A stretch of 55,016 bases of DNA, from assembly GCA_938038175.1 (NCBI GenBank), contig CALHRQ010000107.1, positions 1 to 55,016 of the forward strand, in the 5' to 3' direction. Position 1 is the first letter of the stretch, and every line of letters starts with the position of its first letter. Under the pieces are notes generated by a model. That model was not told where the DNA came from. It worked only from the letters and a program-made list of their open reading frames with translations, and did not search any database. The DNA is from an uncultured Granulosicoccaceae bacterium (GTDB lineage Bacteria > Pseudomonadota > Gammaproteobacteria > Granulosicoccales > Granulosicoccaceae). This document shows positions 36,249-45,494 of the stretch, in pieces. The translations under genes were made by a program, and so were the position numbers.

Positions 36249-36767
36249 ATGGCATTTGATTATCCCGTTCATGCACTGAGCTGTATTTTAGATGGACTAA
36301 AATCTTGCTTTGATGAATATGACGGCAATCAGCTATCAGTAAAATGCAATTTTAATGGTTGCTGGAAACTCAAAGAAATAACGCACCGTTGCGGTCTTAA
36401 TATCCTTATCACAAATGCAAGGCGTGATAACAATTGTCCGAGAACAATGGATGGTTGCATAGAAACTGTCACACCGATGATCATTGACATCGTATTTGAA
36501 ATTTATGCCGATAGCTGTTTAGATGATGCATCGGACAAAGCATTGAGCGGTCTTGCACTGGTTGATTATACTTTCTGTAATTGTGCCGGTGCACTACCTG
36601 TTCTTGATATAGAGCGAAGCACATACAAAATGGATCTTGCTCAAGACCGAAACGAATACACACGAACGTACCGACGTGCAAGTCAAACTTGGCAAGCCAA
36701 GACGCTGATCAGCGCCTGTGCACCGGGTGCAACACCAATAGGATGCGAAAAAAATCATGTTCTCTAA
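36249..36767 (+). CDS. putative tail terminator/completion protein, Cys-rich
   Basis: Directly before major tail gene; 12 Cys in 172 aa. Confidence 0.55.
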   Translation: MAFDYPVHALSCILDGLKSCFDEYDGNQLSVKCNFNGCWKLKEITHRCGLNILITNARRDNNCPRTMDGCIETVTPMIIDIVFEIYADSCLDDASDKALSGLALVDYTFCNCAGALPVLDIERSTYKMDLAQDRNEYTRTYRRASQTWQAKTLISACAPGATPIGCEKNHVL

Positions 36768-37404
36768 TCCATATCTATCAACAGAATGCCACAAATTTAA
36801 CGACTGTAAACTCCGTGGGTGCGGTACTAAGTTTGCTGTCGCGCCATTGAAGGCAATCGGTGCGACGCCTGATGCCACTGCGGATCTTTTGAATATCGAG
36901 TGGTGGCACTTTCGTCAGGTTCGTGAGCTTCAGAACCTCAACTGGACAGATTCCTCTTCTCCTACTGAATACGTCAATATTGGCGATTGCCGAAATCAGA
37001 TCAAATTCGAAGAGCCACGAAAGCGCTCTCTTTCAGCCACACTGAACTGGTGTAAAGACGATATCGCGCACTGCAGAATGTGTCGACCGGAAAATTGCGT
37101 GGCCTATTGCTATGTGGAGTGCGGTGAAGGACTGACATGGGATTTAAACGGAAATAACCCGGATCCAACTATCCCAGACAGCCCAATATTTGCTGATCCT
37201 ATCGGTGCAGGTTTTCCTACGAGCATTGGCATAATGGTGATCAATAGCTGCGGCAAGGATATCGAAGGCTCAAAATGCATCACTCGTTCGATCAACGCGA
37301 CTATACTAGAGGAGCACGAGTTCAACATGTGCGCAGAGCTAGAGGCATATGATGAATTGTATATTCCACCAAACGCAGGACTATTATTACCTGCAACAGC
37401 ATAA
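36757..37404 (+). CDS. putative major tail (tube) protein, Cys-rich
   Basis: LRGCGTKFAV N-terminus; directly upstream of frameshifted chaperone and tape measure; 13 Cys in 215 aa. Confidence 0.7.
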   Translation: MFSNPYLSTECHKFNDCKLRGCGTKFAVAPLKAIGATPDATADLLNIEWWHFRQVRELQNLNWTDSSSPTEYVNIGDCRNQIKFEEPRKRSLSATLNWCKDDIAHCRMCRPENCVAYCYVECGEGLTWDLNGNNPDPTIPDSPIFADPIGAGFPTSIGIMVINSCGKDIEGSKCITRSINATILEEHEFNMCAELEAYDELYIPPNAGLLLPATA

Positions 37405-37421
37405 AACAATGGAACACACTC

Positions 37422-37874
37422 ATGATTCAAGAAAAGCCTGTTTCCAACCAATCGGATATTGTTAACGAAGAACACGAGCGTTCAATAAAGTTGATGCAAA
37501 TCACTCACGAGCTTAGCAATAAGCAAATGGGGGTTAATTTCAGTAAGGATGAAATCGATCTTTATGGCCATCCCATATTCGGTCCGATCTACTGGCACCA
37601 CGTTGGTGGATGGGTACAAGATGAATACACGCCATTCGTAAAGGCCAAGCAAGATACCAGGGCGGCTATTGCAATACTATTCCATCGGGCTGAAAATGCG
37701 GATGGAAGCAGGCGTTTTAAATCCCAAGAGGATTATGAATTCCTACAGAACTTCCCACACACTGCCATCATATTCAAACTATCTTTGGCCATACTGCAAA
37801 CCGATAAAAACCCCAGCGGAGATAGCTACGTTGTATTGGAAGATGAGGTCACTGAGCAACTAAAAAACTCCTAA
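37422..37874 (+). CDS. tail assembly chaperone (gpG-like)
   Basis: Position; ends at slippery CTA AAA AAC. Confidence 0.8.
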   Translation: MIQEKPVSNQSDIVNEEHERSIKLMQITHELSNKQMGVNFSKDEIDLYGHPIFGPIYWHHVGGWVQDEYTPFVKAKQDTRAAIAILFHRAENADGSRRFKSQEDYEFLQNFPHTAIIFKLSLAILQTDKNPSGDSYVVLEDEVTEQLKNS

Positions 37875-38038
37875 ACTTCCCAGAGCTGTACGAAATGTAT
37901 CAGATCGGGAAGATGTACAACATGCTGCCATGGGAGGTGATGAAACTTAACCGATCCCAGTTGGCATTTTTGTATGCGTGCCATCGCAAAGAAAAGGAAG
38001 AAAAACCGATGGCCAAAATGAATCTATCGAATAAATGA
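37862..38038 (+). CDS. gpT-like -1 frameshift extension of tail chaperone
   Basis: A AAA AAC at 37862-37868; -1 frame reads LLNFPELYEMYQIGKMYNMLPWEVMKL... to TGA 38036-38038, which overlaps the tape measure ATG. Confidence 0.85.
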   Translation, partial: KKLLNFPELYEMYQIGKMYNMLPWEVMKLNRSQLAFLYACHRKEKEEKPMAKMNLSNK

Positions 38039-39888
38039 CGATTGAAGAACGTTATCGGTTCATCCTTGAATCTGAGGAGACCGGCGAAGGATTTGATCAA
38101 GCCGAAGAGAAGATATCTGATCTATTCGATGAAGTGCGCGAGGCCGCGCAGGTTTTTAATAACTTAGAAGACAATGGCGCAGACGCCTTTTCAGCGATCG
38201 CAGCTGAAGCTGAAAAGGCAGACACCAGCGCATCCTCGTTCTTTTCTAAACTTTCCCGAAGTTCGATTGTTTCATTTGGGACATCAGCCCTAAATGTCTT
38301 TGACCGCGCTGCGGGCGCGATTGATTTTGTCTCTGATACTTTCGATACACTTCAGGGTCAAATAACAACCACTCAAGGTGCACTCAGCGCTTTAGATCGT
38401 GGCTTTTCTACTCTTGACATTGCTCAGATAGAACAAGCGAACGCCAACTTTTTAGAACTTTCCTCCGTATCTCAGAACACACTTTCTAATATTCAACAAC
38501 AGATAGCCGTGGGTGTCGCACCTTCATTAGGTGCACTTGCTAGTGTTATCTCTCTCAATGCCACTTCTTTTGATGGGCTAAGTGAGCGGGTTGATATATT
38601 TGCTCGAGGGGCTACGTTACGAATAGCCGAGGTTAGCGATGGACTGCGTTTGCTTTTTGCTGATGAGGGTGAAGAGCTTTTACAAGCAAATTTTAAACTT
38701 GCACTTGCAGACTTTAGAAACTTTGCTAATGAGCTGATAGGCCGAGGTGACAAAGTAGATGAGGATCGCGAATCTTATCTTGCTCTTGTAGACGCCTTAG
38801 AAAAAGCAGGGGAAGAGTTCGGTAGTTCGAGTCAAGCTGTTGAGGAAGCGTTAAAGGCACAGGATGCGGCAGCAGAAGAAAACCGAAAAAAGTTTGAAGA
38901 TCTTCAAGACGAAATCGAATCTACCACTGGAAAGCTTGGTGGCCTGACGATTGGTAGTAACGCAGCCGCTGCGGCTTTGGATAAGCTTTTTGACCGAGAA
39001 TCTAACCGAATATCCGGATTGGAAATCGAAGGTCTTGGTGATCTAGATCTTTCAGGCGCTCAACTGGCGTCAAGAGGCCTTGATGACTTGGAGGCATCGG
39101 AGCTGTCACGCATTCTCGGCCTTGATTTATCGCAGAGTAAAAAACAGGAACTGCAGCAACAGCTTAAAGAACAGATCGGGACGCTTGGGCTTCAACTCGA
39201 GCTTCAGGCACAGCTTGCGATCGATGAAGCCAACTCACGGTCAGAGATACAGGATTTAGCTGCTCAATACAATGCGCAGATCGGGCGTGATGATGCTGTT
39301 CAGATACCGATCGCACTTGAAGTCATCGATAAAGAAAAAGCGGCAGCGGACTTACAGCAGACAACTGCTAACCTGGGTTTCTTAACGTCTGGCCTGAATT
39401 CAACTGCCGCAGCATTTGGAAACTTTGCCGATGCAGCAAGCTCTGAGGGCGAGTCGGCTTTTAAGGATTTCCAGCGCATCCAGGTGGCATTTTCAACCGC
39501 TGCTGCTATATCGGCTGCGGTGCAATCAGCCGGTTTTGCGGCTGGTGCTGGTCCTGCAGCTGCGTTTGCCGCTTATGCGAGCGTCGCAGGGGCGCTGTTA
39601 GGCGCTGTCGCGCAAATCCAGGCCATTAATACCAGTGGCGGGGGTTCAGCCCCAGCGAGGCTATCTGGAGGCGGTGCAACGCCATCAGGGCCGATAGGGG
39701 GTGAGCAGGCAGGTAATCGTTTCGGTGATAACGATGGAGAGGGTGATTCTGGTGGCACCCAGTTCAATTTCACTTTTATCGGTAAGGACTCGGATACGGT
39801 GACACTGGGTACGTTGCGCAATATGGCTCGAGCACTCAAGAATGATGAGGCCAGTCGCCGAGCGTTCCAGAACATATTGAATAGCTAA
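38035..39888 (+). CDS. tape measure protein
   Basis: 617-aa helical Ala/Glu/Leu-rich protein with hydrophobic C-terminal segment, downstream of G/GT; zero Cys. Confidence 0.85.
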   Translation: MTIEERYRFILESEETGEGFDQAEEKISDLFDEVREAAQVFNNLEDNGADAFSAIAAEAEKADTSASSFFSKLSRSSIVSFGTSALNVFDRAAGAIDFVSDTFDTLQGQITTTQGALSALDRGFSTLDIAQIEQANANFLELSSVSQNTLSNIQQQIAVGVAPSLGALASVISLNATSFDGLSERVDIFARGATLRIAEVSDGLRLLFADEGEELLQANFKLALADFRNFANELIGRGDKVDEDRESYLALVDALEKAGEEFGSSSQAVEEALKAQDAAAEENRKKFEDLQDEIESTTGKLGGLTIGSNAAAAALDKLFDRESNRISGLEIEGLGDLDLSGAQLASRGLDDLEASELSRILGLDLSQSKKQELQQQLKEQIGTLGLQLELQAQLAIDEANSRSEIQDLAAQYNAQIGRDDAVQIPIALEVIDKEKAAADLQQTTANLGFLTSGLNSTAAAFGNFADAASSEGESAFKDFQRIQVAFSTAAAISAAVQSAGFAAGAGPAAAFAAYASVAGALLGAVAQIQAINTSGGGSAPARLSGGGATPSGPIGGEQAGNRFGDNDGEGDSGGTQFNFTFIGKDSDTVTLGTLRNMARALKNDEASRRAFQNILNS

Positions 39889-39889
39889 A

Positions 39890-40108
39890 ATGCGTGTTAA
39901 ACATCCCGCTCAGTTACCATGTTCAGGTGAATTGATGTGTATTCCGGTTGAGGATTGCCCAGATGATTGGGTATTGAGCATGACAGTATTGGAAAATCCA
40001 TCAGTCGCAGAAGAGCCTATTCTTCGCGAGCGTGAAAACGGTTACGTGATCGTCGAGTTTCCGGAAAAAGGTGACTTCCAGTTAAAGTTTGATTGCTGCC
40101 CACCATGA
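39890..40108 (+). CDS. small PKD/Ig-like tail protein
   Basis: VEFPEKGDFQLKFDCC, similar to the next two genes. Confidence 0.55.
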   Translation: MRVKHPAQLPCSGELMCIPVEDCPDDWVLSMTVLENPSVAEEPILRERENGYVIVEFPEKGDFQLKFDCCPP

Positions 40109-40350
40109 TAGCCACCAAACCAACCATCAATGGACCAGAGCTTGAGCTCTGTGCAGCACTTCCATATTTACTCCAAAGCCCTCCAGAATGCGCAGACGCA
40201 AAAACACTGCAGTGGCTTACAGCTGCGCCGTTGCTGCCGCCTGGAGTGACAGCAGATGATATTTATTTCTGGACGCCAAATTCCCTGACCACGTGGGTGC
40301 AAGTGCCAAAGGATGGCATTTATTATTTTTATGTGCAGTGCTGTAGATAA
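40105..40350 (+). CDS. small PKD/Ig-like tail protein
   Basis: VQVPKDGIYYFYVQCC. Confidence 0.55.
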   Translation: MIATKPTINGPELELCAALPYLLQSPPECADAKTLQWLTAAPLLPPGVTADDIYFWTPNSLTTWVQVPKDGIYYFYVQCCR

Positions 40351-41066
40351 TGCCAGCAACGATAACCACAACAGAGCCAAACCCGAATTGTCTGGTAGGG
40401 CTAACGCCTAAACAAATATCTGGCGAGCAGTGTCCGGGTGCCAGTCGCACACTGTGGGATTTTGTAGAACTACCAGTTGGATCTGCAGCAACCTACGCTG
40501 ATCCTTTGGCAGCAGATACGACATGGTTACCTGATATACCAGGCCAGTATCGTGTCCGATTTTGCTGCTTTTATGACTATGATACGGTCCCCGCAGTCGA
40601 CTATGAAGCTCCACCGACTGATCCATTTCTGGGTTGCCCTTTGGGTGTCGAGGCAGGTGAAGAGATTTATATTCCATTGCTAAATTGCGAGGACGCTGCG
40701 GTTGTTTGGTCTGCGACTGGTGCATTTGTTTCCATTGCCGGGGATACCTCGGGTGCCACGGTAACGACTGATGCCAATAATCCTGGACCGATATCAGTCA
40801 CTGCAGAGTGCACCACCACTGATTCGAACAACCAAAGCGTTACCACGCCTGTCACATGTGATTTTGAATCACACGCTGGCCCTTTAATGTGTGACGTCAG
40901 TCCTTTCTTAAGGGTCAGCGCTAATCTTTGCGGTGGGTATTGTGAATGTGTTGAACGAACGTTTATCGTAAAACTCGTTGGCGATGATGATGAATGCGAA
41001 TCTGATGTCCTGTGTATTTCAGTTAAGGACTGTCCGCCGACTTTTGATGAGGAGTGTGCAGCGTAA
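40350..41066 (+). CDS. PKD/Ig-like Cys-rich tail protein
   Basis: WDFVELPVGSAATYADP...WLPDIPGQYRVRFCC; 16 Cys in 238 aa. Confidence 0.65.
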   Translation: MPATITTTEPNPNCLVGLTPKQISGEQCPGASRTLWDFVELPVGSAATYADPLAADTTWLPDIPGQYRVRFCCFYDYDTVPAVDYEAPPTDPFLGCPLGVEAGEEIYIPLLNCEDAAVVWSATGAFVSIAGDTSGATVTTDANNPGPISVTAECTTTDSNNQSVTTPVTCDFESHAGPLMCDVSPFLRVSANLCGGYCECVERTFIVKLVGDDDECESDVLCISVKDCPPTFDEECAA

Positions 41067-41917
41067 TGTGGCCAGTTCCTGATCTAGAATTTATAAAAAA
41101 CTGCGAGTGTAAATCGCATAACTCTGTTTTGTTGTGGAATAACGTCTGCACTTGTGGGTGGAATATGACCGCAACGAATACTGCTCAGGGTTCAAGTATA
41201 TATAATGCATGCTCCTGTGCAGGTGGCCAGTCATTTGTTTTCAATGGATCGACAACCATTACTGCTACAGGACCAAGCCCTCTATTGATCGACCAGATAT
41301 TTATCTGGGGTCACAATATCGAAGATGCCATCATAACAGTCACTCCAAACGGTACTTTCGGAGGGCCGAGACAAGTTGGCGTTACTCAGTGTGGCCCTTG
41401 TGATCCGGGTGGTCTAACTCCTATTGTTTTGGATTTGGTCATCCCTCCAGAAAATGCTGTGACAGATACAGTTACTATTGACATTCAATCTTCTGGACTT
41501 CTTTGTATTCAAAATTTATTTATAGGACAGAAGCTGCCGGTCACCATGGCTCGGAGTTGGCAAAATCCACATGATGGAACAGATACAACACAAGATATAA
41601 AGGAATCTGAATGTGGCCCTCTTACCATCGTTACAGAGCGCATTGAAATACCAATGAATCTGCAGATGCGGTGCGTTCCCTGTGAGTGGGTGGACGAGTA
41701 CTGGCGCTGCTACCTGAAGTGGGCTCAAAAATACGGCGTCTATTTCAGATGGTCAATAAACAATGCAGAGAACGATCTCTTTTGCGGAAGACTGGATGGT
41801 CCACAGCCGCCGTCAACATTCGCTGACTATAAAATGTGCACTAAAAATCTGACTCTCAATGCGCTGGGTTACATAAGCCAGCCAGAATCAAAGTTCCTTA
41901 CTCCGGTCGATGGCTGA
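41066..41917 (+). CDS. putative distal tail protein, Cys-rich
   Basis: IFIWGHNI, IQNLFIGQKL; position after tape measure. Confidence 0.6.
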   Translation: MWPVPDLEFIKNCECKSHNSVLLWNNVCTCGWNMTATNTAQGSSIYNACSCAGGQSFVFNGSTTITATGPSPLLIDQIFIWGHNIEDAIITVTPNGTFGGPRQVGVTQCGPCDPGGLTPIVLDLVIPPENAVTDTVTIDIQSSGLLCIQNLFIGQKLPVTMARSWQNPHDGTDTTQDIKESECGPLTIVTERIEIPMNLQMRCVPCEWVDEYWRCYLKWAQKYGVYFRWSINNAENDLFCGRLDGPQPPSTFADYKMCTKNLTLNALGYISQPESKFLTPVDG

Positions 41918-43778
41918 ACAAATTGAAAGAGGGTGCGCGCCCGATCCTATTCTCATCGCAGAGTTTATACTCGACGAATGTGAACATGAGTTTGGCGTTG
42001 CACCATGCACCGCCACTGGAGATCCGTGTTACAAAGATTGGAACAATTGTAGAGACAGGTGCAACTTTCAAAAGAACTGCGACGGCAAATCGATATGGAT
42101 GTCTACATGTGATATTCCAAAGCAGCTGGGTATATTTAATTACCTGCCATGGATAGTAAAATCCAGCATTCAGTGGAATCCTTCAACCGCTTTACTAGGT
42201 GAGACATTTTCAACGCGTGGAGGTGGTTCTTTCTGCGTTCGTGACTTACCGCACACAGATCAAGGCTTTGACCCATATTGGCCTCGCGATGGCTTTATAC
42301 CCCTATGTCCAGAAGACATGTCGGGCACGCTTATATCGAGGTGGGTGGAACGGGTGAAGTATTTTGAGGGAAGAAGAATAAACTTGTACAGCGGTCACTG
42401 TGACATGGAAGATATCTGTGATTTTAACAAGCAATCTTTTCTACTTGACAACCCCAGAGGGCCAAATGCGGATTGTGAGTTCTGTTTCGAATATAAAGAC
42501 ATCATAAATGCAACAGAAGGGAAACAAGTTCCTGATCAGTCTGACAAGAAAATTGCCGTTTTTTCAGGCGACCCATTCCCATTTCCTATGACGCTCGGGG
42601 TTGATCTGGATGGCGTTCCAGATGAGGATGACCCTGACGCTGCACCCTTTTCTCAGATCGGACTGCCATTGTTGGTCGATAATTATCACCAAGGTGAGCC
42701 TGAGCAGGATGCCTGCATACTCAATACAAAACATATTTGTATTGATGGCGAAGCTCTACCCGTTCGAGCATATACAAATAATGCTGTTCCTGCAGGCTGG
42801 AATTTTTTTCTTGAAGGCAGAGCAGCATGTGGATCTACATTAAAAGCCCACGAGCGTGGTGCTGAAATTACACTCGCCAAGACCTATCCTTGCGGCATGC
42901 ACATCGGCAATGTTATATGCGATGTTCTCATAGCATCTGGTATAGAAGAAACCTTTACCCTTTGTTGTGAAGAAGACGGTCCTTCTGTTATTGACTTTGA
43001 CGCACTAAAACAATGGATTTGTGAAAACCCGCATGCTCAGTTGACCGAAGATGTCCTTATTTGTGAACCCGAAGATCTTAATGACTTGCTGAGTAGCCTG
43101 TCTGTGGACTTCGGTTTTCTTCTATTGCAAAAAAATAATCGCGTTTTTATCAGGTCTATCCGTCCAGAATGCGAAGAAGATATTGTTGTAATCAATACAT
43201 GCGATATAGAAAAACTAACCTATTCTGTTGATGATGACTTGCAGGACAGATTCTCACAAATCATTATTCGGCATGCTGTTCGGGATTGGACGCAAGCAAT
43301 AGAAGAAGGCAATCATGCGTCTACTACAAAAGTGCTTTACACCGATGTCGAAGAAGAACAGTGTGATAAAAAAGGTTGGGCATATACAAAAACAAAAGAA
43401 ATCGATACACGTTGGTTTGGCAGGCGATCTGAGTTTCTAGCGCAAACTGCTGCAGAGCGATTGCTGCTCTTATTAAACTGCCCACCTAAGCGCGCTAAGT
43501 TCTCCATACTCCAATCGAAAGCTCAATGCTTGTGTGTTGGCGATAAAGTCAAGCTTCAGTATCGTAAAGCACAAAATATGGAAGGTGAGTTTTCCGATAA
43601 GCTTTGGATGGTTCAATCTGCCGCACCGATAGAAACCGGCGTGTGCCATGAAATTGTAATGCAAGAAATGCCATTTGATGAAAGCACCTATGCCTGCTTT
43701 ACTTGCGAAGGTAATTGCCCTTCTGTGATACCGGAGCAAACGGATGACTGCAATAGCGACTGCTTGGCTGTATTCTGA
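41910..43778 (+). CDS. putative tail tip/baseplate hub protein, Cys-rich
   Basis: CYKDWNNC, YFEGRRINLYSG, GRAACGS..KAHERG; 35 Cys in 622 aa. Confidence 0.7.
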   Translation: MAEQIERGCAPDPILIAEFILDECEHEFGVAPCTATGDPCYKDWNNCRDRCNFQKNCDGKSIWMSTCDIPKQLGIFNYLPWIVKSSIQWNPSTALLGETFSTRGGGSFCVRDLPHTDQGFDPYWPRDGFIPLCPEDMSGTLISRWVERVKYFEGRRINLYSGHCDMEDICDFNKQSFLLDNPRGPNADCEFCFEYKDIINATEGKQVPDQSDKKIAVFSGDPFPFPMTLGVDLDGVPDEDDPDAAPFSQIGLPLLVDNYHQGEPEQDACILNTKHICIDGEALPVRAYTNNAVPAGWNFFLEGRAACGSTLKAHERGAEITLAKTYPCGMHIGNVICDVLIASGIEETFTLCCEEDGPSVIDFDALKQWICENPHAQLTEDVLICEPEDLNDLLSSLSVDFGFLLLQKNNRVFIRSIRPECEEDIVVINTCDIEKLTYSVDDDLQDRFSQIIIRHAVRDWTQAIEEGNHASTTKVLYTDVEEEQCDKKGWAYTKTKEIDTRWFGRRSEFLAQTAAERLLLLLNCPPKRAKFSILQSKAQCLCVGDKVKLQYRKAQNMEGEFSDKLWMVQSAAPIETGVCHEIVMQEMPFDESTYACFTCEGNCPSVIPEQTDDCNSDCLAVF

Positions 43779-45493
43779 TGGCGATTGATAATTACACTCC
43801 GGTGCAGGTAAACGCAGGTGATTGTGTTGGTTACGAAGAGATCAATACACTCTTTTCAAATCTAAAATCCATTTACAATACTGCGCGAGAAAGTACCAAT
43901 AAGATCATATGTCAGCGTGTCAATGAAACCATACGGTATGGACAAAACGGGACTGATACTGCTGATCTCAATTCAAATAATACACCTATAAACAACACCT
44001 CAAGCGTCAATGATGACACTGGTTGCTTTGTTATTCAGCAGCCTACGATACCAATCGGCGATGACCCAGAAGAGAAAAAGATACTCGCCTTACAGATAGG
44101 CGTTTTTCATGATTACATTATCACGGGAAATAATGATGATTCCGACTTCACTATCGGTCTTGATCTATGGGTCGAATGTGATGGGGAACGCGTATGGTCT
44201 GGAACATCATCGTCCGCCAATTTTGCCTCATTTAATTGTAAGCGATCATCAGAGATACTACTCTGCGCTGAAACACGAATTACCACAGTTGGTGGGATAA
44301 GTCTTATTTATAGAGGGACTACCTTAACGCTTTGCGGCGGTATTCTCTGCGTTCAGCAATTTGATAATGACTCGAGTACTCCGGCATTCTTTTGCCCGCC
44401 TTGTCCATTAACAAGCGATAAAAAGCCAGGACGTGAGACGCTACATCTTCTTTATCAGAACATACTCACACTATGTAATTTCTTTCAGGAGGGCGGACAG
44501 GTAGAGTCTTGTTTTGACTTTAATTTCAATGATGATCTAACGCATCCTTTGGTCACAAATGTTTCTGGTGAAACCACTTATTTAGCGATAGGACAAGTCA
44601 CTGTTTGCGCTCGTATAAAGCCGCTTGATTTTGCCACTAGCGCGCAATATGTCATTACTCCACAAATAGGGTGCCAAGGTGAGCAGTCAAGATGTCTGAG
44701 TCAAACCATGAGGCTAAGCCTCCGTGATGATTCTCCTCTGCCCTCTTTTGATTGCGTCAGCATCCCAGTATTTGTGTGCGGAACTTGTCAACCCGGTCAG
44801 ACGATCAGCGCTGGATTTTTATCCTATGAGGACTGCACCGGCGTACCCGATCCATTCGGTACAGTGGGTGAGAATGTAGAAGTCACTTATATTGAACAAA
44901 GTTACTGTCTATACACCTGGGAACAGGTAGCCGTACCCGGTCTAACAGCGTTAAAACGACCTAACCCCAGCTGCCTTGATGTTGATACATTCGCCAACCT
45001 GATTACAAAGATGGACCAGCTTCAGGAAATTGTATGCGATCGCACACCGATTAATTGCTTTTTTGAAGAGAATAAAGAAATAATTCCAAATGGATCTTCA
45101 AAGCTTCTTCAACCCGCAGAGGCTGCACCAAACCCGATCCCAACCGGCTGGCCTTTCCCCCGTAAACTTACCCTACTCTTGGACTTTGCTTTCTGTATAA
45201 CGTTAGGAACAGTAAGTAATCCTCAGCCCGTAAGAATTCTCGCTTACTTGGAAATAACCTGCGGCGGGAACGTTATCAAAACGATAGGGCAAGGTGACAC
45301 AGACCCATTTGATTTTAATATTTTTCAGACTACTGGAGGTCGAAGACGATGTTCCCGTGTCTTTTCACGGATATGTTGCAATCTAACCTGTCCGGTGGAT
45401 CAGCCAATTGAAATCAGACCCGTGTTTTTGGATTTTGATGGTACAGTTGTTCTTTATGATGTCGAGTTAACCTGTCAACAGTTCGGGTTCTGA
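43778..45493 (+). CDS. putative tail fibre/receptor-binding protein with three helix-plus-beta modules
   Basis: Three helices (INTLFSNLKSI, LHLLYQNILTL, FANLITKMDQL), each followed by a beta-rich domain; 30 Cys in 571 aa. Confidence 0.6.
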   Translation: MAIDNYTPVQVNAGDCVGYEEINTLFSNLKSIYNTARESTNKIICQRVNETIRYGQNGTDTADLNSNNTPINNTSSVNDDTGCFVIQQPTIPIGDDPEEKKILALQIGVFHDYIITGNNDDSDFTIGLDLWVECDGERVWSGTSSSANFASFNCKRSSEILLCAETRITTVGGISLIYRGTTLTLCGGILCVQQFDNDSSTPAFFCPPCPLTSDKKPGRETLHLLYQNILTLCNFFQEGGQVESCFDFNFNDDLTHPLVTNVSGETTYLAIGQVTVCARIKPLDFATSAQYVITPQIGCQGEQSRCLSQTMRLSLRDDSPLPSFDCVSIPVFVCGTCQPGQTISAGFLSYEDCTGVPDPFGTVGENVEVTYIEQSYCLYTWEQVAVPGLTALKRPNPSCLDVDTFANLITKMDQLQEIVCDRTPINCFFEENKEIIPNGSSKLLQPAEAAPNPIPTGWPFPRKLTLLLDFAFCITLGTVSNPQPVRILAYLEITCGGNVIKTIGQGDTDPFDFNIFQTTGGRRRCSRVFSRICCNLTCPVDQPIEIRPVFLDFDGTVVLYDVELTCQQFGF

Positions 45494-45494
45494 T

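Noticed and set aside
15517-45493. Codon reassignment (TGY or TGA) as the cause of apparent Cys richness
   Set aside because: TGY still encodes expected Cys (methyltransferase PC motif, terminase CxxC, lipoboxes); TGA, TAA and TAG all end genes at coupled junctions; enrichment depends on protein role rather than being genome-wide.
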